A stretch of 63,101 bases of DNA from an uncultured Eubacteriales bacterium. Lineage in GTDB: Bacteria > Bacillota > Clostridia > Christensenellales > CAG-1252. Each line of letters starts with the position of its first letter. Position 1 is the stretch's first letter. Positions 36,964 through 46,141 of this stretch are shown here, one piece after another. Below the pieces are notes generated by a model that saw only the letters and a program-made list of their open reading frames with translations, searched no databases and had not been told where the DNA came from. Made by a program: the position numbers and the translations under genes. Location of the stretch: positions 1-63,101 of the forward strand of contig CADBTQ010000061.1 in NCBI GenBank assembly GCA_902797685.1. Reading direction: 5' to 3'.

Positions 36964-37281
36964 TGTTCCGTCGGAACAAAAATCAGTGATATTTATCCCT
37001 GCGGGATAAGTGATATTGCGCGTTGCGCAGTGATATTCACGCTACCGCGTGAGTGATATTTGCGCCAAAGGCGCAAGTTGAGGTTAAAAAAGATGGTTCG
37101 AGTACGATACATAGTCAAGTACCCCAACCATCTGTTTTTTTCCATAACTTGCCTAACAGGCAAATATCACTCGCACTTCATGCGAATATCACTTTGCGTT
37201 AGCAAAATATCACTTGCGCCCTCGGCGCAAATATCACCCAAACAAAAAGGCTTCGCACTCGTTTGCGAAGCCTTTTGTTTG
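36964..37281. repeat. mirror-symmetric array: 4 x AGTGATATT-hairpin, central terminator, 4 x hairpin-AATATCAC(T/C)
   Basis: Cores at 36985, 37009, 37029 and 37052 (+) and 37163, 37185, 37206 and 37230 (inverse). All spacers are small GC hairpins. Confidence 0.9.
37086..37141. terminator. bidirectional terminator at the centre of the array
   Basis: A6-agatggtt..aaccatct-T7. Confidence 0.75.
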
Positions 37282-39708
37282 TTAGTCGTTGTCCCCTTGG
37301 AGTTGCTTGATCAAATAAGCGTATCCTTTGGGATAGTAGTCGATATTGGAGTCGGCGTATTGATCGTAGAACGCCTTTTGGAAGCTACCCGTCGCCGTGG
37401 ACACCGCTTCGCTGTACAAAGTATCGAAGATGGAAGCGCCCAAGGTACCTTTGGCGAGGTAGTAGGTGCTGCCGTCCGCTTTGACGACCTTGTACTCGTT
37501 GCCCTCGGTCACGACTTCGTATTCAAAGGCGTTGGTGACGTAGTTGAGACCCAATTCGACGTAGCCGTCTCTGCCCAACTTGACGTTGCCGTCGGCGTCG
37601 GCTTGGTTGGGATAGTAGTAGGTCAAAGCCACCAAGTGGATGCCGTAAGTGGACACGCAGTAAGCGTAGCTGCCTTCGCCGCCCTTATCCGAGAGGATGT
37701 ACACGCCTTCCTTCTCCAATTCGGCTTTGACGGTATCGGGGATATCCTTGCCGTCGTACTCGGCAAGCGTATCGCAAGCCTTTTCGAAAGAGGCGACCAT
37801 ACCGCTGTCGACGCCCTCGGGAGTCATCAGATAGCCGTACTTGTTGTCGGTGATATAAGTGAACACGCCGTCGTCCTCGTTGGCTTTGTACGACCAACCG
37901 TTGATCACGTCGAGGAAGTTGGCAAGATCGAAATCGTTGCCGGCGTCTTTGAGGTCAGCCACGATATCGTCAATGGACCCCATCACGTTGACGGGAGTGT
38001 CGTTGAGGTACTTGTTGGAGGGGCAAGCCACGCAGGTGCAGCCGTCCACGCAGGAGTACCACTCGTCCAAAGTGGTGTATTCCACTCTCTCGCCCTTGTA
38101 GTTTTGGCAATGGGGGCAGTTGCAGTCCTCGTCCTCGCATTCGGCTTCCGCGTCGTAGTCGGGGTTGGAGTACCACACGCCGATCTGCTTGGCAAGAGTA
38201 CGGGAATACTCGTCCAAAGCCTCTTGCGAAGCGGTCTTTTCCTTTTTGAAATCGTCGAGTTTCTTGCTCAATTCGTCGGTGAACTTGAAGAGGATTTGGG
38301 CGACGTAGTAGAAACCGTAGGTGGGTTGATCGTTGTCGTCGGTATAGACCTTGTGCACGATGGTGTTGCGATCGCTCAAGGTGTCCTTACCGTAGGGAGT
38401 CGACAAATACTTTTCGTATTCGGCGGCGACCAAACGGTCGTACTCGGCGTTGAGTTGCTCTTCGGAGATGGTCACGGTAGCCGTGATGAGGTCGGAAGCG
38501 GCGTTGCGGATCTGGGTGGTCAAGTTGCCGTACAAATAGTTGTCGTAAGTGCGGTAGTTGTCCTCGAGATACTTGTTGAGACGAGCCATCGCGGTACGGG
38601 CGAACTTGTATTGTTGCAACCCCTCCGCCCGCTCTTCTTCGGTCATGTCGGCGTTGACGTAATCCGACTCTTTGACTTCAAACACAAAGCGAGCTTCCTT
38701 GACGGTGTTGTCCTCTTCTTCCTCCTCTTCCTCTTTGGCGGGAGTCTTGCGAGTGGGACGAGCCGCCACGACCGAGATGTCGAAGGACTTACTGAAGTCG
38801 CCGTAGGTCACGCTGACGGTCAGGGACTCGGCGGCCTTGCTGACGGCAAAGTCTTTGACGGTGAGGTAGTCGTTGGGAATGACGACGGCTTTGTAGGTCG
38901 TCTCGCCGTCAACGTAGTCCTCGCTGACGATATCCTCGTCAAAGGTGGTGTCATTGGGATACAGCGCCACGACTTTGAGCCCCAGTTTGTCCAAACTGAC
39001 GTCGGAGTCCGAGCTGACTTCGTACACCAAGCGGATGGGTTTGTCGACGATACGGATATCGGTGTAACCCGAGGGAGTGGTGTCCCCCTTGACGGTGGCG
39101 TCGCTGGCTTCCGCCTTGACCTCGGAGAGATAATCGTCGTACAACGATTGAATAGAGTCGTTGGTCGCGCGGATGGCGGCGTTGACGTACGAATAATCCT
39201 TGTAGCAAGCCAAGATCGCTTCCATCTCGGCGTTGCGCTCCGCAAAGTAGCGGTTGAGTTCGTCCATCTTCTTCCAGTTGTAGGTGTGACCCTTGGTGGA
39301 AGCGGCTTTCATGGCGGCTACCTTGTCGGCCCCGCCGTTTTGCGCATAGTAATCGGACAGATAGTCGATGCACTTGAGAGTGTAGAGAGCGGTACGGCCC
39401 AAAGACTCGTTGCTATTTTTCAAGGTCTCGTCCAAATTGCTGAGATAAGATTGGAAAGTAGCCGCGTCGATAATCCTGTTCTGATAATAGTAGTACAGAT
39501 AGTTGTAGTAATTTTGGAAGGAAGCGTACACGTCGTTGACGTCCACGATACCCACTCTGTCGCCGAAAGACGCGACCGCGGTCACCTGTTTGCCGGCGCG
39601 TTCCTCGTTGATGCGGAACATACCCGAATCGGTGCTGCAAGCCGTAGCGGTCAACAAAGTCGCTACCAAAACTGCCACAATCAGGATAGAAAGAACTGTT
39701 TTTTTCAT
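37282..39708 (-). CDS. large PrsA/SurA-like lipoprotein with Cys-rich insert
   Basis: Lipobox LTATAC; GAGGAG RBS supports the ATG at 39708. ..STYGIHLVALTYYY resembles the parvulin core. 8-Cys cluster CEDEDCNCPHC..CVDGCTCVAC. Confidence 0.5.
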   Translation of the reverse strand: MKKTVLSILIVAVLVATLLTATACSTDSGMFRINEERAGKQVTAVASFGDRVGIVDVNDVYASFQNYYNYLYYYYQNRIIDAATFQSYLSNLDETLKNSNESLGRTALYTLKCIDYLSDYYAQNGGADKVAAMKAASTKGHTYNWKKMDELNRYFAERNAEMEAILACYKDYSYVNAAIRATNDSIQSLYDDYLSEVKAEASDATVKGDTTPSGYTDIRIVDKPIRLVYEVSSDSDVSLDKLGLKVVALYPNDTTFDEDIVSEDYVDGETTYKAVVIPNDYLTVKDFAVSKAAESLTVSVTYGDFSKSFDISVVAARPTRKTPAKEEEEEEEDNTVKEARFVFEVKESDYVNADMTEEERAEGLQQYKFARTAMARLNKYLEDNYRTYDNYLYGNLTTQIRNAASDLITATVTISEEQLNAEYDRLVAAEYEKYLSTPYGKDTLSDRNTIVHKVYTDDNDQPTYGFYYVAQILFKFTDELSKKLDDFKKEKTASQEALDEYSRTLAKQIGVWYSNPDYDAEAECEDEDCNCPHCQNYKGERVEYTTLDEWYSCVDGCTCVACPSNKYLNDTPVNVMGSIDDIVADLKDAGNDFDLANFLDVINGWSYKANEDDGVFTYITDNKYGYLMTPEGVDSGMVASFEKACDTLAEYDGKDIPDTVKAELEKEGVYILSDKGGEGSYAYCVSTYGIHLVALTYYYPNQADADGNVKLGRDGYVELGLNYVTNAFEYEVVTEGNEYKVVKADGSTYYLAKGTLGASIFDTLYSEAVSTATGSFQKAFYDQYADSNIDYYPKGYAYLIKQLQGDND

Positions 39709-39820
39709 GTTTTCTCCTCTTCTCGCGTACACTTGCACGCGTGTATATGCGATTATACAGGTCTATTATAGCCAAAAAGTAGGTAAGACGCAATCGTTTT
39801 GACCTATCTTTTGCACTTTA

Positions 39821-42800
39821 TTAAGTATAATTTCCGTTACAATAACGCAAAAACCGCTTGACGACTTGCATTTTGTACCCCACCAAGTTCTTGACGGGCA
39901 TGATCTCGACGAACTCGGGCGTGGATACCAAGCGGCACTCGTCCCCTATCTTGCGCAAAGCCGATTGCACCCCTAAAGAGGCGGGATAATCGGGCGAGAC
40001 CCAGCGCACGCGGCAAAAACGATTGTCGATCTCCACCTTAGAGACCCCCACTCGGCTGCCCAACACGCGCAGCAAGGACACGTCCACCAGCCGCTCCACC
40101 TCTTTGGGCGGTTTGCCGTAGAGGTCGGTCATATCCGCAAGGAGCGCCTCTCCCTCCTTTTCGTCGGGCAAGGACGCGATGCGTTGGTACAACCGTAGCC
40201 TCTCCCTCTCGCTCGACACGTAGGTATCGGGGATATACGCGTCCACCGATACCGCCACTTCGGTATTGGTGGCGGTCGCCACCACCTCGCCTTTGAGAAG
40301 GGCGATGGTCTCTTTGAGCAGACGACAGTACATATCGTAACCGATGCGCTCCACGTGCCCGTGTTGTTCTCTGCCCAATACGTCCCCCGCGCCGCGGATT
40401 TCCAAGTCCATCAACGCCAAGCGATACCCCGCGCCCAGTCCCGCGTTGTCGGTCAAGGCGGTCAACCTCTTTTCCACGTCTCCCGTGGGGACGTACCCTT
40501 CGGGATAGGTAAAATAGGCTTTGGCTTGGCGGGTGGAGCGTCCGACACGCCCTTTGAGTTGGTACATTTGGGACAAGCCCAGTCGATTGGACTCCAACGC
40601 GATCAAGGTGTTGGCGTTGGGTATATCGATGCCGTTTTCGATGATGGTGGTCGCCACCAACACCTGCGCCTCTTTGGAGAAAAACTTGTACACGTTGCCC
40701 TCCAACTCCTTGGCGCTCATTTTGCCGTGCCCCAGTACGAACGTGACGTCGGGCATCAACTGTTGGAGCCTTGCGACGTAGCCGTAGATCTTTTCCACGC
40801 TGTTGTACAATACGAAGGCTTGTCCGCCGCGGTCGATCTCGGCTCGGATGGCGTCCTCGACCAAGGCGTCGCTGTACTCGCACACCACCGTCTCCACCTC
40901 TTGTCTGCCCTTGGGCGGGGTGTCCAACACGCTGACGTCGCGGATGCCCGACAACGCCATGTGCAAGGTGCGGGGGATGGGCGTGGCGGACATGGAGATG
41001 ACGTTGACGTTGTTGCGCATGGTCTTGATCTTTTCCTTGTGTTCCACGCCGAAGCGCTGCTCCTCGTCCAAAACGAGTAGCCCCAAATCGAAAAACTCCA
41101 CGTCCTTGCTGAGCAGTCTGTGGGTACCCACCACCACCGAGATGGTGCCGTTTTGCACGCCGGTCAATATCTCTTTGACCTCTTTGGGGGTGCGGAAGCG
41201 GCTGAGACACGCCACCTTGACCCCAAAGGGCTGCAATCTCGACAGCACGGTCATATAATGTTGCTCCGCCAAGATGGTCGTGGGCGCCAAAAAAGCGGCT
41301 TGCTTGTTTTGCATCACCGTCTTAAAGACGGCGCGCAAAGCGACCTCGGTCTTGCCGAAGCCCACGTCCCCGCAGATCAGTCGATCCATCACTTTGCCCG
41401 ACTCCATGTCCCTCTTGATATCCGCGATGGCTTGCAACTGGTCGGGCGTCTCCTCAAACTCAAACGCCGCCTCGAACTCCTTTTGGAAAGCGGTGTCGGC
41501 GGGATAGCGATAGCCTTGGGTCTGCTCTCTCTTGGCGTACAATTCCAACAAGTCGAACGCCAATTTGCGGATACCCGCTTTGGCTTTGGCTTTTTGTTGT
41601 TTGAACTCCTCTTTGTTGGGGTTGGACAGCTTGGGGGTGGTTTCGGCGCCCGCATACAGTTTGAGCAGACTCATTTGGTGCATGGGGACGTAGATCTTGT
41701 TTTCGCCCGCGTATTGCAGCACGAGGTAGTCCATCTCCCCCACGTAACTCTTGACGTGCTGTACCCCCAAGCACCTGCCGATACCGTACTCGTCGTGCAC
41801 CACGTAGTCCCCCGCCTTGGGCGCTTCCACCCTGCGAGATACGGCGTCCTCTTTGACGGCGACGGTAGACAAACTCATGTCGGCGGTGCCGACAACCACT
41901 ACTTTGGCTGTTGAATGGATAAAGCCTTTGTCCAAGCGGTCGGGAAGAAGAGTGACGGCTACCCCGTGCAACAACTCCCCCATGGTCTTAGCCCATTCGG
42001 GAGTGCCGCAGTAGAGCCTCACGTCGTACCCTCTGTGAACGTATTCGGCAAGGTCCTTTGCCATCAGATTGACGTCGCGGAAGTAATCGGGCAAATTGGT
42101 GGAGCCAAAGGCAAACATACCCTTGTCCTCGTCCACGTGTCCCGCCACCAAATTGGAAAAACCGAGCGTGGGGACCGCCTTGAGCAAAGCGCTCACCTCG
42201 TCCACCGAATAGATACTCTCCACGTGCTTGCGCAACACTTCCCCGTCCGCGACCAATTTGCTCACCCGCTCCTTGTGGGCGCGGCTCAATTCGGACAGCA
42301 GATCGAAGATCTGTTGGGAGCCGTCTATGGTGACGAATCCGTTAGTGGGTAGGTACTCCAATACCGACCCAAAACCCTCTTTGACAAAGGGCAACAGCCA
42401 ATGCAGTCCCGCGTCTTTGGGATTGGCGGCAAGGCGCAAACTCACGTCGTCCAAGATCTCCCCCGTGCGGGCGGCGGCTTTGGGATTTTGCAACTGGCGG
42501 GACTTGGCGATCCTATCCATGATCTTGTCGGTCGCCACGTCCGCCAACATTTCGGACGCGGGAGGCAGGGTCAAAGAGTCCACCCTTCCCATCCCTTGCA
42601 TGGTCTCGGGAGCGTAATATTTGATGCTTTCCACCGTGTCGAAGTCGGACACGATGCGCACGGGCATCTCCTCGGACGGAGCAAAGATCTCCACCAAGTC
42701 GCCGAACACGGCGTAGGTGCCCTTGACCTCGGCGCGGAAGGCGCGGGTGTAGCCCATCGACGCGAGTTTTTCGCCCAACGCCACGGGATCGAGGGTATCC

Positions 42801-43207
42801 CCGACCGAGATGGTCAGGACGCTACCCAGTAGCAAGTCCTTGTGCGGGACGTATTGCAGCAAGCTCTTGGGGCTTAGGACCAATACGTCGATATCCCCTT
42901 TGGCAAAGCCCAAGAGGGCGCCCACACGCGCGCTGACGTTGGACAAATTGGCGTTGAGCCGATGGATGAGGATATCGAATTGGGCGGGCAATACCGCCGC
43001 TTTGACCCCCAATTGGGTCAGGGTTTTGGCGACAGCTTCCACCTTTTCGTCCGCGACGACGTAGATGGACTGCCTACCTAGCGTTGCGACCAAATGCGCC
43101 TTTTGGGTGTTGGCGCACGAAAAAACCACCGCTCTACCCAGTCGGTCGAGGGCGGTCGCTACGGTGGAATATCGTTTGGCGAGTTGGGGTAAGTCGAGTA
43201 TCGTCAT
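39821..43207 (-). CDS. mfd: transcription-repair coupling factor
   Basis: 1128 aa with helicase motifs (GDVGFGKTEVA, DEEQRFG) and a CarD-like domain. Confidence 0.93.
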   Translation of the reverse strand: MTILDLPQLAKRYSTVATALDRLGRAVVFSCANTQKAHLVATLGRQSIYVVADEKVEAVAKTLTQLGVKAAVLPAQFDILIHRLNANLSNVSARVGALLGFAKGDIDVLVLSPKSLLQYVPHKDLLLGSVLTISVGDTLDPVALGEKLASMGYTRAFRAEVKGTYAVFGDLVEIFAPSEEMPVRIVSDFDTVESIKYYAPETMQGMGRVDSLTLPPASEMLADVATDKIMDRIAKSRQLQNPKAAARTGEILDDVSLRLAANPKDAGLHWLLPFVKEGFGSVLEYLPTNGFVTIDGSQQIFDLLSELSRAHKERVSKLVADGEVLRKHVESIYSVDEVSALLKAVPTLGFSNLVAGHVDEDKGMFAFGSTNLPDYFRDVNLMAKDLAEYVHRGYDVRLYCGTPEWAKTMGELLHGVAVTLLPDRLDKGFIHSTAKVVVVGTADMSLSTVAVKEDAVSRRVEAPKAGDYVVHDEYGIGRCLGVQHVKSYVGEMDYLVLQYAGENKIYVPMHQMSLLKLYAGAETTPKLSNPNKEEFKQQKAKAKAGIRKLAFDLLELYAKREQTQGYRYPADTAFQKEFEAAFEFEETPDQLQAIADIKRDMESGKVMDRLICGDVGFGKTEVALRAVFKTVMQNKQAAFLAPTTILAEQHYMTVLSRLQPFGVKVACLSRFRTPKEVKEILTGVQNGTISVVVGTHRLLSKDVEFFDLGLLVLDEEQRFGVEHKEKIKTMRNNVNVISMSATPIPRTLHMALSGIRDVSVLDTPPKGRQEVETVVCEYSDALVEDAIRAEIDRGGQAFVLYNSVEKIYGYVARLQQLMPDVTFVLGHGKMSAKELEGNVYKFFSKEAQVLVATTIIENGIDIPNANTLIALESNRLGLSQMYQLKGRVGRSTRQAKAYFTYPEGYVPTGDVEKRLTALTDNAGLGAGYRLALMDLEIRGAGDVLGREQHGHVERIGYDMYCRLLKETIALLKGEVVATATNTEVAVSVDAYIPDTYVSSERERLRLYQRIASLPDEKEGEALLADMTDLYGKPPKEVERLVDVSLLRVLGSRVGVSKVEIDNRFCRVRWVSPDYPASLGVQSALRKIGDECRLVSTPEFVEIMPVKNLVGYKMQVVKRFLRYCNGNYT

Positions 43208-43755
43208 GAAAGCATCGCTTTGGCGACGTCACCCGTCGCCACGTATTGAAGGAGCACTTTGACCGCATGATCGGTCGCCTGCTCCAACGTATCTAGCTTG
43301 TCCCCTTTGGGACGGGACAGCACGTAGTCGTAGAGGGGTATTTGCCCTTGGGGCTTGCCGATACCCACCCTTAGTCTCGGGATGTCCTCTCCCACTTCGG
43401 CGACGACCGAGCGCATACCGTTGTGGGTGCCCGCGCTTCCCTTTGCGCGGAAACGAAGCGCCCCGCAATCCAAGTCGATATCGTCGTAGACTACGACCAT
43501 CTCTTGAGGGGTGCAGTGATAGGACGCCATCAGTTGCTTGACCGCCGTGCCCGACAGGTTCATATAGGTCTGCGGTTTGGCAAGGACGATCTTTTGCCCG
43601 CCCACTTGGGTCTCCCCCACCTTGGCGTCGCATTTCTTTTTGTCCACCTTGACTCCCCACTCCTTGGCGAGCTTGTCCACGGTGACAAATCCCATATTGT
43701 GATAGGTCCCGCGATAGGTCAATCCGGGATTGCCCAGTCCTACGATGATCAACAT
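43204..43755 (-). CDS. pth: peptidyl-tRNA hydrolase
   Basis: MLIIVGLGNPGLTYRGTYHNMGF... AAGGAGAAAGG RBS. The stop overlaps the mfd ATG. Confidence 0.93.
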   Translation of the reverse strand: MLIIVGLGNPGLTYRGTYHNMGFVTVDKLAKEWGVKVDKKKCDAKVGETQVGGQKIVLAKPQTYMNLSGTAVKQLMASYHCTPQEMVVVYDDIDLDCGALRFRAKGSAGTHNGMRSVVAEVGEDIPRLRVGIGKPQGQIPLYDYVLSRPKGDKLDTLEQATDHAVKVLLQYVATGDVAKAMLS

Positions 43756-44237
43756 AATCCTTTCTCCTTGTCGGCTTTTGCCTGTTTGATCTCGGCGCGT
43801 TTGGCGGCGAAAAAGTCGCTGAGCAGCTTGCCGCATTCCTCTTGGCGAATACCGCCTTCCACCGTCATGCGGTGATTGAGTTTGCCCTCGCCCACTAAGT
43901 CGTACACCGAGCCAAGTGCCCCGCTCTTGGGGTCGTATGCGCCGAAGTACACCGCACGCAAGCGGCTGTTGATAATGCCCCCCGCGCACATGGGGCAAGG
44001 CTCTAAGGTGACGTAGAGGTCGCAGTCGTCCAAATACCAGTTGCCCACCTTGCGGCACCCTTCGCCAATCGCCAGCATTTCGGCGTGCGAGAGGGCGCAG
44101 TTGTCCCGCTCTTTGCGGTTGGCGGCGATCGACAGCACCTCGCCGTCCCGCACCAAAACCGCCCCCACGGGGACTTCGTCCGCTTGCGCCGCTTCTTCGG
44201 CCGCTCGGATGGCTAACTCCATATATTTTTGTTCCAT
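43749..44237 (-). CDS. tadA: tRNA-specific adenosine deaminase
   Basis: HAEMLAI and TLEPCPMCAG CDA zinc motifs. GGAGGAAAT RBS. Confidence 0.9.
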   Translation of the reverse strand: MEQKYMELAIRAAEEAAQADEVPVGAVLVRDGEVLSIAANRKERDNCALSHAEMLAIGEGCRKVGNWYLDDCDLYVTLEPCPMCAGGIINSRLRAVYFGAYDPKSGALGSVYDLVGEGKLNHRMTVEGGIRQEECGKLLSDFFAAKRAEIKQAKADKEKGLC

Positions 44238-45079
44238 ATTTCCTCCGCAAGACGCACGCCGTCTCGCTCGTGTAATGCGATCAATCGCGGTATATCCCCC
44301 TCGGGGTAGGGGTGGGGATAGTCGTCTTTGCCTACCTCGACCGTCAAGCAAACCCCGTCGGGATGGGTCAAAGCATACCAATCCTTGTAGCCCCCGTGGC
44401 TGCCCTCGCTCGTCAAAGGGGTATACCCCCACTCGGCGCAAAGGGCGCGCGCCGTTTTTTCGCTATGGCGGGTCAAGTCCTCTCGCCCGTCGATGGGACG
44501 GTAGCCGTAATAGGCGACCTCCCCTTTGCAATGGTAACACAGTACCCCGCGGTAGTTTTGCTTGAGGGTCAAGTTTACCAAAGCGGTGGTCTCCCTCTCG
44601 CTTGAGGGGTACAACCCCACGTACGAGGCGGGAGAGGGCGCAAACACGTTGCCTTTGCCCTTGCCCCAACCCGCGTCGAAGTTGACGTTGGGATCTACCC
44701 CTCTGCCGTTGGCTTTCCAAAGAGAGAAGTCCTCTCCCCCGTTGATACGGGCAAGGTAGGGGCGCACGATCGGCGGTGCGCTCTTAAGTCCCCTTCGCGC
44801 CAGTTCCACCCCGTCGGGGTTGACCATGGGCAGGAAGTCGGCGCCGGGGAGATCCCCTCGGGAGGCTTGCCACGCGGCAAGGTAGCGGCGGTACGCCGCC
44901 AACACCACGGGGACGGTACACCACTCTCTTGCGTGGATCCCGCCAAAGAGCAATATGCCTTTGCCGTCTCCCACTCGCAAAGCGACGATATGCCGACCAA
45001 ACGCCGAACGCCCCACGCTCAACGCATGGGGGTCTTGTCTCAATAGTTCTCGTATCGCCAAGTAGCCGTATGGATCCAT
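44213..45079 (-). CDS. M14-family zinc carboxypeptidase (gamma-D-glutamyl-meso-DAP peptidase-like)
   Basis: GGIHAREW zinc-binding motif and overall M14 layout. Confidence 0.75.
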   Translation of the reverse strand: MDPYGYLAIRELLRQDPHALSVGRSAFGRHIVALRVGDGKGILLFGGIHAREWCTVPVVLAAYRRYLAAWQASRGDLPGADFLPMVNPDGVELARRGLKSAPPIVRPYLARINGGEDFSLWKANGRGVDPNVNFDAGWGKGKGNVFAPSPASYVGLYPSSERETTALVNLTLKQNYRGVLCYHCKGEVAYYGYRPIDGREDLTRHSEKTARALCAEWGYTPLTSEGSHGGYKDWYALTHPDGVCLTVEVGKDDYPHPYPEGDIPRLIALHERDGVRLAEEIWNKNIWS

Positions 45080-45109
45080 ACAGCATACTATGATCTTCGC
45101 TTAAATTGT

Positions 45110-46141
45110 TTACTTGCGCTCCACCAAGGGTATGGTCGCTCTCGCGTCCAAGGTATCGGGAGCAAAGGGCGCGCCCGCTCTCACTTGCACCAAGGCTTCC
45201 ATGCCGATCATCGAGGCGTTGTCGGTGCAGTAGCGCTTGGGCGGGAAGTAGGTCTTGATCCCATGCGGATACGCCTTGTTGTTGAGCACTTCCCGGAGCC
45301 TTCCGTTGGCGCCCACGCCGCCGGCTATCGCGATCTTGTCGATACCGCGCTCCATAGCCAACTCGACCGCATGATCCGCCAACACCCCGACCGCCGCGTC
45401 TTGGAAGGACGCCGCCACGTCGGCGGGGACGTATGGTTCCCCTTTTTGCTCGTGGGTGTGCACGTAGTTGATGACCGCAGTCTTTAACCCCGAATAGGAG
45501 AAATCGTACCCCTCCATCTTGGCGCGAGGCATGGGGATATTCGCTTTGCCCTCTCTTGCCAACTTTTCGATCTCGGGACCGCCCGGATAGGGCAAGGACA
45601 GCACTCTTGCCACCTTGTCAAACGCTTCCCCCACCGCGTCGTCGGCAGTCTGTCCCACCACTTCCAGGGTAGTGTAGTCCTTGACCACCGCCACCGCCGT
45701 ATGCCCGCCGCTGACGATGAGGGCGACGTACGGGGGTTTGAGGTCGGGGTGCGCCAAGTAATTGGCGGCGATGTGTCCGCGGATATGGTTGACCGCCATC
45801 AAGGGTTTGCCCCAAGCGTACGCCAACCCTTTGGCGTAGGACACGCCCGTAAGGAGCGCGCCGATCAGCCCCGCCCCGTAGGTGACCGCCACCAAGTCGA
45901 TATCCTCTTCGGTAACGTTCGCTTGGGAGAGAGCGTCGGCGACCACGGTATTGATATTGACCGCGTGATTGCGCGAAGCGATCTCGGGCACCACGCCCCC
46001 AAAGAGGCGATGGATGGGCACTTGGGAAGAGATGCACTCCCCCAATACCACCCCGTCACGCACGATAGCGCAAGCGGTCTCGTCGCAGCTCGACTCGATC
46101 GATAGTACCGTCAACGATTCTTTATCCCAAAGACTGTTCAT
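45110..46141 (-). CDS. tsaD: tRNA N6-adenosine threonylcarbamoyltransferase
   Basis: ..VLSIESSCDETACAIV.. Kae1/TsaD signature. The ATG at 46141 shares 1 nt with the prfB stop. Confidence 0.92.
   Translation of the reverse strand: MNSLWDKESLTVLSIESSCDETACAIVRDGVVLGECISSQVPIHRLFGGVVPEIASRNHAVNINTVVADALSQANVTEEDIDLVAVTYGAGLIGALLTGVSYAKGLAYAWGKPLMAVNHIRGHIAANYLAHPDLKPPYVALIVSGGHTAVAVVKDYTTLEVVGQTADDAVGEAFDKVARVLSLPYPGGPEIEKLAREGKANIPMPRAKMEGYDFSYSGLKTAVINYVHTHEQKGEPYVPADVAASFQDAAVGVLADHAVELAMERGIDKIAIAGGVGANGRLREVLNNKAYPHGIKTYFPPKRYCTDNASMIGMEALVQVRAGAPFAPDTLDARATIPLVERK

Noticed and set aside
43756-44250. Upstream extension of the pth ORF, and similar extensions of tadA (to 44441) and tsaD (to 46420)
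   Set aside because: The extensions are out-of-frame overlaps of the upstream genes with Arg-rich translations. Internal ATGs with strong RBSs start the conserved N-termini.
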